A stretch of DNA of 45,803 nt from a virus (Duplodnaviria > Caudoviricetes), in IMG/VR virus record IMGVR_UViG_3300020686_000006, positions 1 to 45,803 of that record; one strand, written 5' to 3'. This document shows positions 1 through 8,766 of the stretch, in pieces (within the stretch, counting starts at the first letter, position 1; each line of letters begins with the position of its first letter). The position numbers and the translations under genes are program-made. Below the pieces are notes generated by a model. That model had not been told where the DNA came from. It ran no database searches and was given only the letters and a program-made list of their open reading frames with translations.

Positions 1-42
1 ACACCCCGCTAATAATATAGTCAATAAAACGCATATTCTCAT
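1..42 (-). CDS. Lipoprotein, 5' fragment (possible o-spanin); runs off the window edge
   Basis: Not in ORF track. ATG at 42 overlaps the TGA of the upstream gene (ATGA). Reads MRICVLLTILLAGC, a signal peptide ending in an LAGC lipobox. Confidence 0.65.
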   Translation of the reverse strand, partial: MRICVLLTILLAGC

Positions 43-239
43 TGGTTACTCTTGTCTCGTTGGGTTTCAAGTTCTTTCTTCAGCTTCTCAATTCTCTTTA
101 AATCTGCCGCCATCAGAATTCTCTCTTGGTGAATGTCCATGTACATGAACCCAATGACGGGGAGTACAAGAACAAACAAGAACGCCAACACTATGATGAT
201 AATCACATACCCCCATGTGTCACTCGATTTATTGCCCAC
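39..239 (-). CDS. Single-pass membrane protein with C-terminal coiled coil (possible i-spanin-like)
   Basis: Hydrophobic stretch VIIIIVLAFLFVLVLPVIGF followed by heptad-like LKRIEKLKKELE. Start uncertain (GTG 239 with AGGA upstream, or GTG 206); ORF track gives 302. Confidence 0.6.
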   Translation of the reverse strand: MGNKSSDTWGYVIIIIVLAFLFVLVLPVIGFMYMDIHQERILMAADLKRIEKLKKELETQRDKSNQ

Positions 240-910
240 ATCAATCCTGCTATGTAAATTGATACAAAAACTACCGCTACTGTGCAAGCACTTAAAAACC
301 AAGCTTGGTTAGCTAATTCCCTTGCGTCTGCCTCCTTTTGAGCTTTTTTTCTAATCTCTGCTTTCCGTGCAATTTCTTGTTTACTTTTCACTGACCCGAT
401 CATGTCATTGACTCGGGAGTAAAGGTCTTTTAACTCTGGGGGAACATGATAAATCATGTATTCCGTCAAGTTTACTCTCATATCTTCCAGTTGGGTTTTA
501 GCCATGACCAGCCGAATAGCTGTCTCATAGGTATCCCCATCTGGGTCAAAAATCTTTTCTATCCTCTCTTCTTCAGTATGGATTGCATCCGAACAGGCTT
601 TGTAGTTTTTAAAAAACGCAACTAACTGATCTCCAATCTCCGTGTAAAGTGCTTGCTCGTCAAACTTTACCTTTTGTTTCTTGCTAGGTTGAGCTGCTTC
701 TTTAGCAGCTGTTTCCTTTTGTTTTGGTTCTGAGAACAGACTTGTGATCCATCCCCATATTCCAGTTACTTCCTTACCAATCTGTTTTACTTCATTGACA
801 GTTTTTTGGACATCTTTTACTAACGCTTTGCCCTCGTTGTACATTGAGCATAGTTCTTTAACCCCCGCAAATGCGGCGTTGGCAGCTTGGAAAAGAAGTA
901 TAAACTCAAT
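203..910 (-). CDS. Coiled-coil protein with C-terminal transmembrane anchor
   Basis: ORF track 203..844; frame stays open upstream to an ATT at 910 (IEFILLFQAANAAFAGVKELCS) preceded by AAGAG. C-terminal TM WFLSACTVAVVFVSIYIAGLMWAI. Confidence 0.7.
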   Translation of the reverse strand: MEFILLFQAANAAFAGVKELCSMYNEGKALVKDVQKTVNEVKQIGKEVTGIWGWITSLFSEPKQKETAAKEAAQPSKKQKVKFDEQALYTEIGDQLVAFFKNYKACSDAIHTEEERIEKIFDPDGDTYETAIRLVMAKTQLEDMRVNLTEYMIYHVPPELKDLYSRVNDMIGSVKSKQEIARKAEIRKKAQKEADARELANQAWFLSACTVAVVFVSIYIAGLMWAINRVTHGGM

Positions 911-919
911 GGTTAACTC

Positions 920-1096
920 TTATGTTTCTATGAATCGTAGCAAAACTACGACCACGGCAATTACGATACCCGCAACCATCTGGTGGACTGGGGTCAAGGG
1001 TAGTTCAAATAGGAAACCTTGCAATACTGAGAGTACTGCAATCACTAAAGCCCATTGAACCTGCTTTGATTTTAGGGTTGTGATGAGTGTGTTCAT
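920..1096 (-). CDS. Small two-TM membrane protein, holin-like (58 aa)
   Basis: Not in ORF track. AAGGA SD then MNTLITTLKSKQVQWALVIAVLSVLQGFLFELPLTPVHQMVAGIVIAVVVVLLRFIET*; two hydrophobic segments. Confidence 0.65.
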   Translation of the reverse strand: MNTLITTLKSKQVQWALVIAVLSVLQGFLFELPLTPVHQMVAGIVIAVVVVLLRFIET

Positions 1097-1105
1097 GGTA
1101 AATCC

Positions 1106-1771
1106 TTAAAAGAAAGCAGTCACATAAATAACGCCAGAACCACCTGCGCCACCATTGTTAGCACCTGAACCTGCCGTACCTCCGTTTCCACCCGTTCCAA
1201 CAGAGTAAGAATATGTTGCAGATGGGGATGTAATATAAGCTTCTATATAACCTCCAGAACCACCTCCACAACCTGAACCGCCTGTTGTACCTGCGGCAGT
1301 ACCACCCCCACCGCCACCAGAACCAGAATTAGTTGCTCCTGCTTGACCTGATCCACCACCGACACCACCACCTGCGCCACCAAAAGCAGAAGACCCACCG
1401 TTTCCACCTGTGTTATATCCTGCATTAACTGTGTAATCTAAACCACCGCCACCAATTGCTCCTGTTAAAGATATTCCAGTAGCAGGCGAATTTATTGTTG
1501 CAGTACCTCCAGCACCTCCAGACCCTGCGCCAGAAGTATTTCCATAAGCACCACCATTGGCAGTTAAAAGAGATGTACCAAATGTTGTCGCACCACCTGA
1601 AGTACCAGTAGTAGAAGAGTTTCCTCCAGAACCACCTCCCCCACCACCAACCATCTTAACAAGAAGGTAAGAACAATTAGAAGGAGTTGTGTATGTACCG
1701 CTACTACTTGTAAGTACCGTTACTTGCGGTGACGATGACATCATCGCACCTTGAACCTTGGTCAGAGACAT
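1106..1771 (-). CDS. Glycine-rich tail fibre/virion-associated protein
   Basis: GGGGGG and GGxGG repeats, 'GTYTTPS..LLVKMVGGGGGG' and 'YSYSVGTGG..GGSGVIYV' typical of phage glycine-rich domains; lies in the tail gene cluster. Confidence 0.75.
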   Translation of the reverse strand: MSLTKVQGAMMSSSPQVTVLTSSSGTYTTPSNCSYLLVKMVGGGGGGSGGNSSTTGTSGGATTFGTSLLTANGGAYGNTSGAGSGGAGGTATINSPATGISLTGAIGGGGLDYTVNAGYNTGGNGGSSAFGGAGGGVGGGSGQAGATNSGSGGGGGGTAAGTTGGSGCGGGSGGYIEAYITSPSATYSYSVGTGGNGGTAGSGANNGGAGGSGVIYVTAFF

Positions 1772-1772
1772 A

Positions 1773-2024
1773 TTACACCTTTGCTTGTGATGCTACTTGA
1801 GCTTGATAGGCAGAGATTACATCTGTAGTCCATACTGCTTCGCAAATAGCCTTTACTTTAGCATCCTGAGTGCTTACGTCTTCACCAGGGGTCAATACCC
1901 ACCTAGAGAAGTTACGAGCTATTTCATTGCCAGAGTCTGTTATAACCTGAGCTTGGCGTACTTGTACAACACCGTTCTCTAGGACTTCGATGCGATCTAT
2001 TGTGGTTGTTGATGCGAGTGTCAT
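1773..2024 (-). CDS. Small tail-fibre-associated hypothetical protein
   Basis: 83 aa, tightly packed in the tail operon with AAGGA SD; motifs IDRIEVLENGVVQVR and AVWT. Confidence 0.75.
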   Translation of the reverse strand: MTLASTTTIDRIEVLENGVVQVRQAQVITDSGNEIARNFSRWVLTPGEDVSTQDAKVKAICEAVWTTDVISAYQAQVASQAKV

Positions 2025-2033
2025 GGTGATTCC

Positions 2034-2543
2034 TTAGAATGATGCTTGGTATGTTGCAGTTAAAATAATTCTTTGCCCACTTAATTGAGCGTAAGTTCTA
2101 TTGCCTCCAGTATCATCAACTAATCGTATATCAATATAATTAGTATTGTTGTATACAAGATATGTGCTATTAAAAGGATTGGTGTTTGAACCATTATAGT
2201 AAGCTAAAGTAGCGCCACTAAACATACTTGTCAAAACAGTAAAAGGTAATCCGCTTATTTGAGCGCTTGCGTTACTAGAATTAGAGCTAAAAGTTACATC
2301 GCACATAATATAAACTAGTCTGCCAACTTTTGTATAAGAAGTATTAACAGAACTAAATGTTACTCCACTTCCTCCTGTTGAAACTGGTGTCCAAGTCCCT
2401 GTCTCATAGTCATTCTGAGTTGTTGAAGTAGGACTAGCAGTTGTATTTGTATTGTTAAATACAATTCCTCCATTTGCAACAGGAATTACTATGTTGCCAC
2501 TTGAATTGACAAGGCTTGCTAAGTATTGTGCGTTTGTTGCCAT
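2034..2543 (-). CDS. Tail fibre-like protein (DYETGTWTP / YTKVGR C-terminal domain)
   Basis: Ser/Thr/Asn-rich; DYETGTWTP..YTKVGRLV..ISGLPF pattern of phage fibre tip domains. Confidence 0.75.
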   Translation of the reverse strand: MATNAQYLASLVNSSGNIVIPVANGGIVFNNTNTTASPTSTTQNDYETGTWTPVSTGGSGVTFSSVNTSYTKVGRLVYIMCDVTFSSNSSNASAQISGLPFTVLTSMFSGATLAYYNGSNTNPFNSTYLVYNNTNYIDIRLVDDTGGNRTYAQLSGQRIILTATYQASF

Positions 2544-2552
2544 TGTTGATCC

Positions 2553-3566
2553 TTAAAAATTGGCAAAATATGTAAGCGTGAAACTATAACCTTGTGCACC
2601 ACTGGATGTAACTGAAGCACTGGGAATGTATAAACCAATAGTATTTGGTTGTCCACTTGAATTATCAATTACTTGCCCAGGAATATTATTTCCACTTGTA
2701 TTTGCAACTACTCCAGTTGATGGGTCTACATTAAAAGCACTTGCAAAAGGTAAATTAATAATCACATAAGTTAAAGTGCTTGAACTTGTTACAGTACCTG
2801 ATACATTAGAACTTATTGTTACTTGTCTTCCTATTTTTGTGTAATAAGAACTATTGTACGTTACTGAAGTAATATTTGAAGAAGCCGAAGTTGTTGGAGT
2901 CCAAGTACCTGTCTCATAATCATTTAAAGTACTATTATTTATTACTCCAGAATTGGAGTTGTTAAACACAATACCGTTTGTGCCAGATGCAAAGCTCAGG
3001 TTACCTGAGATAGTAGGCGTTACTAGCGTTAAGCTAGAAGCTAGGTTACTCGACCCCACACTACCCGCAGTATTAGGTATAGCATTAAGCACAGAGCTAA
3101 CCAGGAAGCTCTCGACTATTACCGTATCTCCAGATGCCGCTCCACTTGCCAGTACTACCGTAGTTCCATTAGATGCCGTGTAGTCAGATGTAGGGGTTAG
3201 CAGTACACCGTTTCTGTATACGTTAATAAACCCAACTGTGTAGCTAGGAGGCGTAAAGGTTGTCTGTGATGCAGTTGCAGTAAAGGTTGTTACTGTTCTG
3301 TATGCAGTTGTTGTTACTCCAGATGCAGGGATGCCTAAATACCTTGCAGAGATATTACCTGTACCCGTTGGGGGTGCTTGGGTGAATGTAAGGGTTGTAC
3401 CAACTACAGAGTAGGTTGATGGGTCTTGTAGTACCCCTGATACGGCAACCAGTACAGATGCTGTGTTAGCAGGAGCCACAGACATTGTAAAGATTTTGGT
3501 TGAGTTATCTCCGCTGAACGTATCAACTAGAAACGCACTCTGGATTAATGGATTGCCGATGTACAT
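2553..3566 (-). CDS. Modular tail fibre-like protein
   Basis: N-terminal MYIGN..FSGD..FT beta modules, VYRNGVLL..DYTA module, C-terminal DYETGTWTP..YTKIGRQV..LPF domain. Confidence 0.75.
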   Translation of the reverse strand: MYIGNPLIQSAFLVDTFSGDNSTKIFTMSVAPANTASVLVAVSGVLQDPSTYSVVGTTLTFTQAPPTGTGNISARYLGIPASGVTTTAYRTVTTFTATASQTTFTPPSYTVGFINVYRNGVLLTPTSDYTASNGTTVVLASGAASGDTVIVESFLVSSVLNAIPNTAGSVGSSNLASSLTLVTPTISGNLSFASGTNGIVFNNSNSGVINNSTLNDYETGTWTPTTSASSNITSVTYNSSYYTKIGRQVTISSNVSGTVTSSSTLTYVIINLPFASAFNVDPSTGVVANTSGNNIPGQVIDNSSGQPNTIGLYIPSASVTSSGAQGYSFTLTYFANF

Positions 3567-3569
3567 TTT

Positions 3570-3749
3570 TTATCCTATTGATTTAGGAGGTGTTGGGTTT
3601 GCAACAATTTGACCGTTTTGCAGAATGTATTGACCGCTAATTAACTGGTCGTATTGGGCATCATTTAATTCAATTGCCCCTTGTTGTAAAGGATAGTTAT
3701 CTTCACGAATCTCTGTCACACCATCTTGACGTACTATTGCGTATTTCAT
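3570..3749 (-). CDS. Small hypothetical protein (59 aa), possible fibre assembly factor
   Basis: Not in ORF track. MKYAIVRQDGVTEIREDNYPLQQGAIELNDAQYDQLISGQYILQNGQIVANPTPPKSIG*; ATGA overlap with the upstream gene and exactly fills the gap. Confidence 0.65.
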   Translation of the reverse strand: MKYAIVRQDGVTEIREDNYPLQQGAIELNDAQYDQLISGQYILQNGQIVANPTPPKSIG

Positions 3750-4240
3750 CTTCTTCTCCTTGCCATAATTTGACCAAATGCTGTTGCTGTAGATACAGTA
3801 AACTGAGCATATCCAATTAAATAATAAGTTGTGGTAGAAGAAATTGATACTCTAAGCGTTGGAACTACAAATGAAATAACATTGTTTAGAACTAAACCAG
3901 ATGCTCCATAAGAGAATCTAGTCTCTTGTTCATAAGAAGAACTTAAAGTATCAGATGTTGTACTTATACCTCCTGCTGCGGCAATAAAATTGGTTGTAGA
4001 TGCGTTATTGATTCCTACCGAACCAAATATATCCCAGTCCCCAGCAGTAAGAGAAATGCTGGTAATTGTTTTTCCTGTAAATGCGCCTGTTGCTGTTGAA
4101 AGTGAAACTGCTGAACCTACTGCAACAGTTGAAGATATATATTCACCAACAGTACCCGCACTAGCATTACTACCGTCAGTAACCCCAGTTAATACTAATG
4201 GGCTTGTTAACCCCGTCTGATCAATCGTGCTTAGTGGCAT
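3746..4240 (-). CDS. Tail/virion-associated protein
   Basis: 'DGSNASAGTVGEYISS..ITSISLTAGDWDI..ISSTTTYYL..ARR' beta-rich domain of the kind seen at phage fibre C-termini. Confidence 0.7.
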   Translation of the reverse strand: MPLSTIDQTGLTSPLVLTGVTDGSNASAGTVGEYISSTVAVGSAVSLSTATGAFTGKTITSISLTAGDWDIFGSVGINNASTTNFIAAAGGISTTSDTLSSSYEQETRFSYGASGLVLNNVISFVVPTLRVSISSTTTYYLIGYAQFTVSTATAFGQIMARRRR

Positions 4241-4382
4241 CTTCTACCTCTTTAGGCTTTTGTTGTTCTTGCACTTCTCTAGTAATAGCATCTATGAGTT
4301 GTCTAACTTCCCTGTGAGGTTGGTTATCTAGATACTGCATGAGTCCGTTGAATACCTGTGCTGAGAGTTTGATTTGTTCCAT
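4221..4382 (-). CDS. Small helical hypothetical protein (53 aa)
   Basis: Not in ORF track. MEQIKLSAQVFNGLMQYLDNQPHREVRQLIDAITREVQEQQKPKEVEDATKHD*; starts 2 nt after the fibre stop. Confidence 0.65.
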   Translation of the reverse strand: MEQIKLSAQVFNGLMQYLDNQPHREVRQLIDAITREVQEQQKPKEVEDATKHD

Positions 4383-4383
4383 T

Positions 4384-5946
4384 TTAGAATCCTTCTATGT
4401 TGGCGGCTTTGAGTTTACTAGACATTTCTTGAATTGCTTTTACAAGCACTGTAACCATTCGACCATAATCAACGCCTTGGTGGGCTTCGTTTCCATTTGC
4501 ATCAACAGCATCTTTTTCACCTGTGACAACCAATGGAATAATTGCCTGAACTTCATGTGCAAGAAAGCCAATCTCATTTTTACCTACATGAATCCCAGAC
4601 TCTTCACCTTTTTGATATGACGCATCTTTTATCTTATATGAAATCGGTCTTAATTGATTTACTTGAGTTAAAGCACCGTCTGGATAATTAACAACATTTT
4701 CTTTGATGCGGTAATCTGATGCGTTTGTATAAGAACCAGAATACAAAGCAGGATATGTGTTATTCCATATGAAACCTGTAGTACCGCTAGTGGTAACAAT
4801 TCCAATTCTTACATCAGTAGTGGCTGTCGTTGATGAATTGTGTTGACCAATGCCCCATAGTGGACCCAAGTCGTTTCCTACAAATACTGGAAACCCAGGT
4901 TGCCCCGAAGCAGGATAGTTAAAGTTAACAAAACAAGTTGATACAACACCTCCACTTATGTTTCCGGTTCCTGGTATAAAAACAGAACCTTTAAGATAAG
5001 CGGGAGCACTTCCTGAACCAACAATAAATGTACCACTATTATCTAGTGTCATTCCTGTTGTCCAAGTTAATGCAGTACCTGCACTACCTGAAGCCGCATA
5101 GCCCCATGTAGTTGTGCCGTTTGCATTACCAACATCAAACCTAGCTGCCGCACCCGTGGCTTGGTATTTCCAACCAGAGTTATAGTAAGCATTGGCAACT
5201 ATGCCCATAGAACCATTAGCGTTAGACCATAAAGAGCTTCCTGCGTCATAAACAGATAATGACTTACCAGTATTCCATGTTGAAGGAGTAACTCCTAATC
5301 CAAAGTTACCATTAACATCAATAATAGCCGCATCGGTCGCACCACTATTGACTACAAAGTGGATTGGATTATTGCCGTATGTACCCAGAACTAAGTCTGT
5401 TGATGCGGATGCTAAATATGTATACCCTGCCTGGCTGAACGACCCTGTCCCAGAGAATCCAGAACTGTTGATACCAAACTCACCGTAATTTGTTGTGGAT
5501 GTACCGTTATTGTTTGATACGTTAAAGTTGGTTGAAGCATTAGCACCAGAACTCAAGTTTTGTAAGATTATCTGGTTGTAGCTATTGACGTTAGATGCAA
5601 ACGTCTGGAGAATACCTGTATCCGTATAGCCAATCGTAGAACCGACAAAGACTGGTCCTGCTACCTGATATGAGCCTGTAGGAACAATCGTTTGTGTGAT
5701 TAAACTCGTGTACTCAACCCAGATGTTATTTGTTCCGCTTGGGGGCGCAGAGCTAAATGTGATTGTGTTACCAGATACTGTGTACGCTGATCCAGGATTC
5801 TGATCTACATTAGCTACATTAACAATCATCTGATATACAGACGCTACTGGGCGAGACAGCGTGAACGCAGTCGTGCTTGCATTACCGCTGAAGAAATCTA
5901 CCTGCGGTGTAAACCCTTGGGTTATGACGGTGTTGCCAATGTACAT
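4384..5946 (-). CDS. Tail fibre with C-terminal intramolecular chaperone (peptidase S74)
   Basis: C-terminal SDYRIKENV..LRPISY..GFLAHEVQ..VDYGRMVTVLVKAIQEM, the S74 autocleavage chaperone signature; N-terminus paralogous to 2553..3566. Confidence 0.88.
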   Translation of the reverse strand: MYIGNTVITQGFTPQVDFFSGNASTTAFTLSRPVASVYQMIVNVANVDQNPGSAYTVSGNTITFSSAPPSGTNNIWVEYTSLITQTIVPTGSYQVAGPVFVGSTIGYTDTGILQTFASNVNSYNQIILQNLSSGANASTNFNVSNNNGTSTTNYGEFGINSSGFSGTGSFSQAGYTYLASASTDLVLGTYGNNPIHFVVNSGATDAAIIDVNGNFGLGVTPSTWNTGKSLSVYDAGSSLWSNANGSMGIVANAYYNSGWKYQATGAAARFDVGNANGTTTWGYAASGSAGTALTWTTGMTLDNSGTFIVGSGSAPAYLKGSVFIPGTGNISGGVVSTCFVNFNYPASGQPGFPVFVGNDLGPLWGIGQHNSSTTATTDVRIGIVTTSGTTGFIWNNTYPALYSGSYTNASDYRIKENVVNYPDGALTQVNQLRPISYKIKDASYQKGEESGIHVGKNEIGFLAHEVQAIIPLVVTGEKDAVDANGNEAHQGVDYGRMVTVLVKAIQEMSSKLKAANIEGF

Positions 5947-5947
5947 A

Positions 5948-6274
5948 TTAGGTTATCTGTAAAACGGATAAAACAGCATCCATAGAACTTGCAGTTCCAG
6001 AGACAACGGTGAAAGCATCGCCAGTATTGAGAACCACCTTACCATCCCCGCCAAACAAAGCTAAAGAACCTCCTACAGGGATAGTCGCACTATTGACCAG
6101 GTAATAGTTAGTAGCTGAAGCAGTGATGTACACGCTTGCTGTAATCGGGCTAGATGTGGTGTTAGCCAATGTCAGTCCAATCGCTGTGGTCTGCGTTGCA
6201 GACGCGGCAGTGACAAGCACAACCGGGGTTGTACCTACTGACTTTGAGACGTACCGTGTAAATGTATTTGCCAT
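5948..6274 (-). CDS. Small beta-rich virion protein
   Basis: 108 aa, MANTF..IGLTLAN..IPVGGSL..KVVLNTGD..SMDAVLSVL; in the tail operon. Confidence 0.75.
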   Translation of the reverse strand: MANTFTRYVSKSVGTTPVVLVTAASATQTTAIGLTLANTTSSPITASVYITASATNYYLVNSATIPVGGSLALFGGDGKVVLNTGDAFTVVSGTASSMDAVLSVLQIT

Positions 6275-6277
6275 GTT

Positions 6278-6961
6278 TTATCCTAAAGCTATGCTCATTG
6301 CGACTGCCGTTCCAGCCGGATCGACTTGAAGATTTGATTGTGCCCCAGAGATTGTCGTTGCTCCTGTACCGCCGTATGCTAACGGTAGGCCACCTGACCC
6401 CCACTGAACGTTGTTTGGCATAAAGGCATAACCAGCCCACCCACCAGTGGCTGTAGCATTAGACGTAGAGTAGAAGTACCCCGCTGCACCAGTTACCCCA
6501 ACAGCAAGAGTATTACCACCACTGTCTTGAATAGTTACGCTACCTGTAGAGTCATTGTCGATGATGTACGCTGTACCTACAGGAATAGTTGTCTCATCAG
6601 GCAACTTAACAGTTTGATTAGAAGTACCTTTGAAGTTTTGAATATATGTTGACGCAACAGTCATAGTGGTTGTGCCACCAGAAGTTGTTACTGCTGTATA
6701 TCCAGGAGAATCGTTGTTATACGAGACGTTTCCATTAGCATCTTTAGCAACTAATCCACTTGCTGCATTAAGCGCATTAGCTAGGGCTGTAGCAACACCA
6801 GTACCAGGAGTTACTTGAGCGATTGCAGTTAGACCAGCAAGAACAGTATTAAGATTAATAAAGTTAGTATCAACTTGGGTATTTGATAGGGGCGAACCTA
6901 TTACGGTAGCCCCCGTACCCGCAGTCGATCTTGTACTTATCGTTGTTGCTAATCCGGTCAT
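6278..6961 (-). CDS. Tail/virion protein
   Basis: N-terminal GSPLSNTQVDTNFINL anchor motif, LPLAYGGTGATT motif, C-terminal AVAMSIALG; Gly/Thr/Ala-rich. Confidence 0.75.
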   Translation of the reverse strand: MTGLATTISTRSTAGTGATVIGSPLSNTQVDTNFINLNTVLAGLTAIAQVTPGTGVATALANALNAASGLVAKDANGNVSYNNDSPGYTAVTTSGGTTTMTVASTYIQNFKGTSNQTVKLPDETTIPVGTAYIIDNDSTGSVTIQDSGGNTLAVGVTGAAGYFYSTSNATATGGWAGYAFMPNNVQWGSGGLPLAYGGTGATTISGAQSNLQVDPAGTAVAMSIALG

Positions 6962-6970
6962 AACTTATCC

Positions 6971-7417
6971 TTAGCTAATTGTGATAGCCCAAGTGATTGA
7001 CATAGAATCTAGTGCGCCTTTATTGACCACAGAAAAAACTGTATGAGCAAGCATAGTTCCTGCACTTGAGGCGTTAAAAATACCAGCTTCGGTTACAGCA
7101 CCTGTACCAACACCAGCGCCTAAAGTACATACGTATGTACCTGTTGTGCCTGTATATGTATTACTTGTATTAGCAGTGCGTGAACCAGAAATCTCAGCGC
7201 CAAGTGTCGTATCACCAACAGCAGCTGCTGTAGTACTGGTGCCAACAGACATATAGTTCATCACGGTTTGACTTGTATCAAACATACGGGAAACTATAAA
7301 CTGCTTACCAACAGTAGTCACCAAGTTAGACTGAGTCTGTTCCTTGATTTTCCCATCGGGGCCAAATAGTTCGACAGTAACTAAACCAGTTACTTTAATT
7401 GTTTCTTCGTTAATCAT
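6971..7417 (-). CDS. Virion structural protein (tail collar-like)
   Basis: NLVTTVGK..GTSTTAA..DTTL..TEAGIFNA..GTML..VNK..ITW pattern found in phage tail-associated proteins. Confidence 0.75.
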   Translation of the reverse strand: MINEETIKVTGLVTVELFGPDGKIKEQTQSNLVTTVGKQFIVSRMFDTSQTVMNYMSVGTSTTAAAVGDTTLGAEISGSRTANTSNTYTGTTGTYVCTLGAGVGTGAVTEAGIFNASSAGTMLAHTVFSVVNKGALDSMSITWAITIS

Positions 7418-7426
7418 AATAACCCC

Positions 7427-8434
7427 TTAAGAAAATGTTGCGTAAGTTCCGACATAATCAGCAGCAAAATACGTAATGTCGCAATACCCTTGAGAAATCA
7501 ACGAGCCTGTACTTGACGTTGATGCTGAATCTGAAAATGCCTTACTTACTGTCTGGCTGTAATTATCGCCTGAAACTGCCGAATCAGCAAAGGGTTTGCT
7601 AAGTAATTTAGCAAGTGATTCACCAGCCGTGAAAGAATCGGAAAGAACCTTTGTGTATGCTCTGGCTAATTGCTCAGTTGCTGTAGCCGAATCTGCCAGT
7701 CCTTTGGTATTGGAGAAATGCAAAATCTCAGAGCTGACAACCACATCGCTTCGAGTATCGGCAAATGTCCAAGTCAGACCTTGGTAAATACTTGTATCTA
7801 TCGCCGTAACTGCGTCTGAAAAAGACTTGGTAAGCAACTTTCTAGCAGAGTCTGTTGGCGTAACTGGGTCAGCCCAGGTGTAAGTTCCTGTGTAATCAGC
7901 AGCAAAATATGTCGGATCAGCGTAACTCTCTACAAGAACATTAACTGAACCAGCCTCGTAGTAAATCTTAAGGAAGTTTTTAGCTAAAGACTCTGAGGAA
8001 GTAACGCTATCAGCAACCCCTTTCTTGGGTAACTTGCTAAAGTTATCAGATGTAGCAACAGAGTCAGCGTAATTTCTACGGTACTGCCAAACAGTAGTAA
8101 TCGTGTCATTAGCAGTTGCCATCTCGGTCAACTGCTTAACAAACGTCATCCTAGTGACTTCGTAATCCGATACAGATACAGAATCAGTGTAATTACGATA
8201 AAAATGCAAGCTAACGACTGTAGAGTCAGATACAACAACTGCATCAGGGAAGTATTTAAACCGACCAGAAGAGTCTGTAATTGTTGTAGCTACAAGCTCA
8301 ATATACTGGATTTGAGCTACTGGAAGCGTGTAAGAAACATTAGCAACAGGAGATACGTAAGTCGCCGTAGCCAAAGGGCTTACGAACGAAACACTTACTG
8401 ATAGGGCTTCCCCATTGCTAGTTGAATTAAGCAT
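7427..8434 (-). CDS. Repeat-rich virion/tail protein
   Basis: Tandem ~19-aa repeats K-x-(L/F/V)-(A/S)-D-S and a twice-repeated TYFAADY motif. Confidence 0.7.
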   Translation of the reverse strand: MLNSTSNGEALSVSVSFVSPLATATYVSPVANVSYTLPVAQIQYIELVATTITDSSGRFKYFPDAVVVSDSTVVSLHFYRNYTDSVSVSDYEVTRMTFVKQLTEMATANDTITTVWQYRRNYADSVATSDNFSKLPKKGVADSVTSSESLAKNFLKIYYEAGSVNVLVESYADPTYFAADYTGTYTWADPVTPTDSARKLLTKSFSDAVTAIDTSIYQGLTWTFADTRSDVVVSSEILHFSNTKGLADSATATEQLARAYTKVLSDSFTAGESLAKLLSKPFADSAVSGDNYSQTVSKAFSDSASTSSTGSLISQGYCDITYFAADYVGTYATFS

Positions 8435-8766
8435 TAAAACTCAGCTTTTAACTGGAACTTTAAGGTTTGATAAACTGTCTGGACTGTACCATTTGCGTAC
8501 GTAATTACGATCTCTCCCTCATAGCTACCAGGAGTGCCTGCAAACATAGCTGGTGTAGAAGCTGGGAAAAAAGCAATTTGCCCCGCAGCACCGTTTGTAA
8601 CTACCCCAGGGGCAGTAGCTTGAAGTGTTGTTGACCCAACAGGGCGTATTTTTAAAACAACAGATGCCCCTGTCAGACCGACTGGATTCCCAGTTGTCTG
8701 GTCAGTAATCGTACAAACAATCGTTGGCCCTGTGTCGTTTTGGACAACTTTAATGATATTGCTCAT
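8434..8766 (-). CDS. BppU N-terminal-like Ig-fold virion protein
   Basis: IKVVQNDTGP..TITD..PVGLTGASV..G.I..GSYEGEIVITY.NG..QTV pattern; ATG 8766 overlaps the upstream stop. Confidence 0.65.
   Translation of the reverse strand: MSNIIKVVQNDTGPTIVCTITDQTTGNPVGLTGASVVLKIRPVGSTTLQATAPGVVTNGAAGQIAFFPASTPAMFAGTPGSYEGEIVITYANGTVQTVYQTLKFQLKAEF

Noticed and set aside
2389-2924. Diversity-generating retroelement TR/VR pair in the fibre genes
   Set aside because: The match is only 26 bp, mismatches are synonymous and not at coding-strand adenines, and no reverse transcriptase is in the window.
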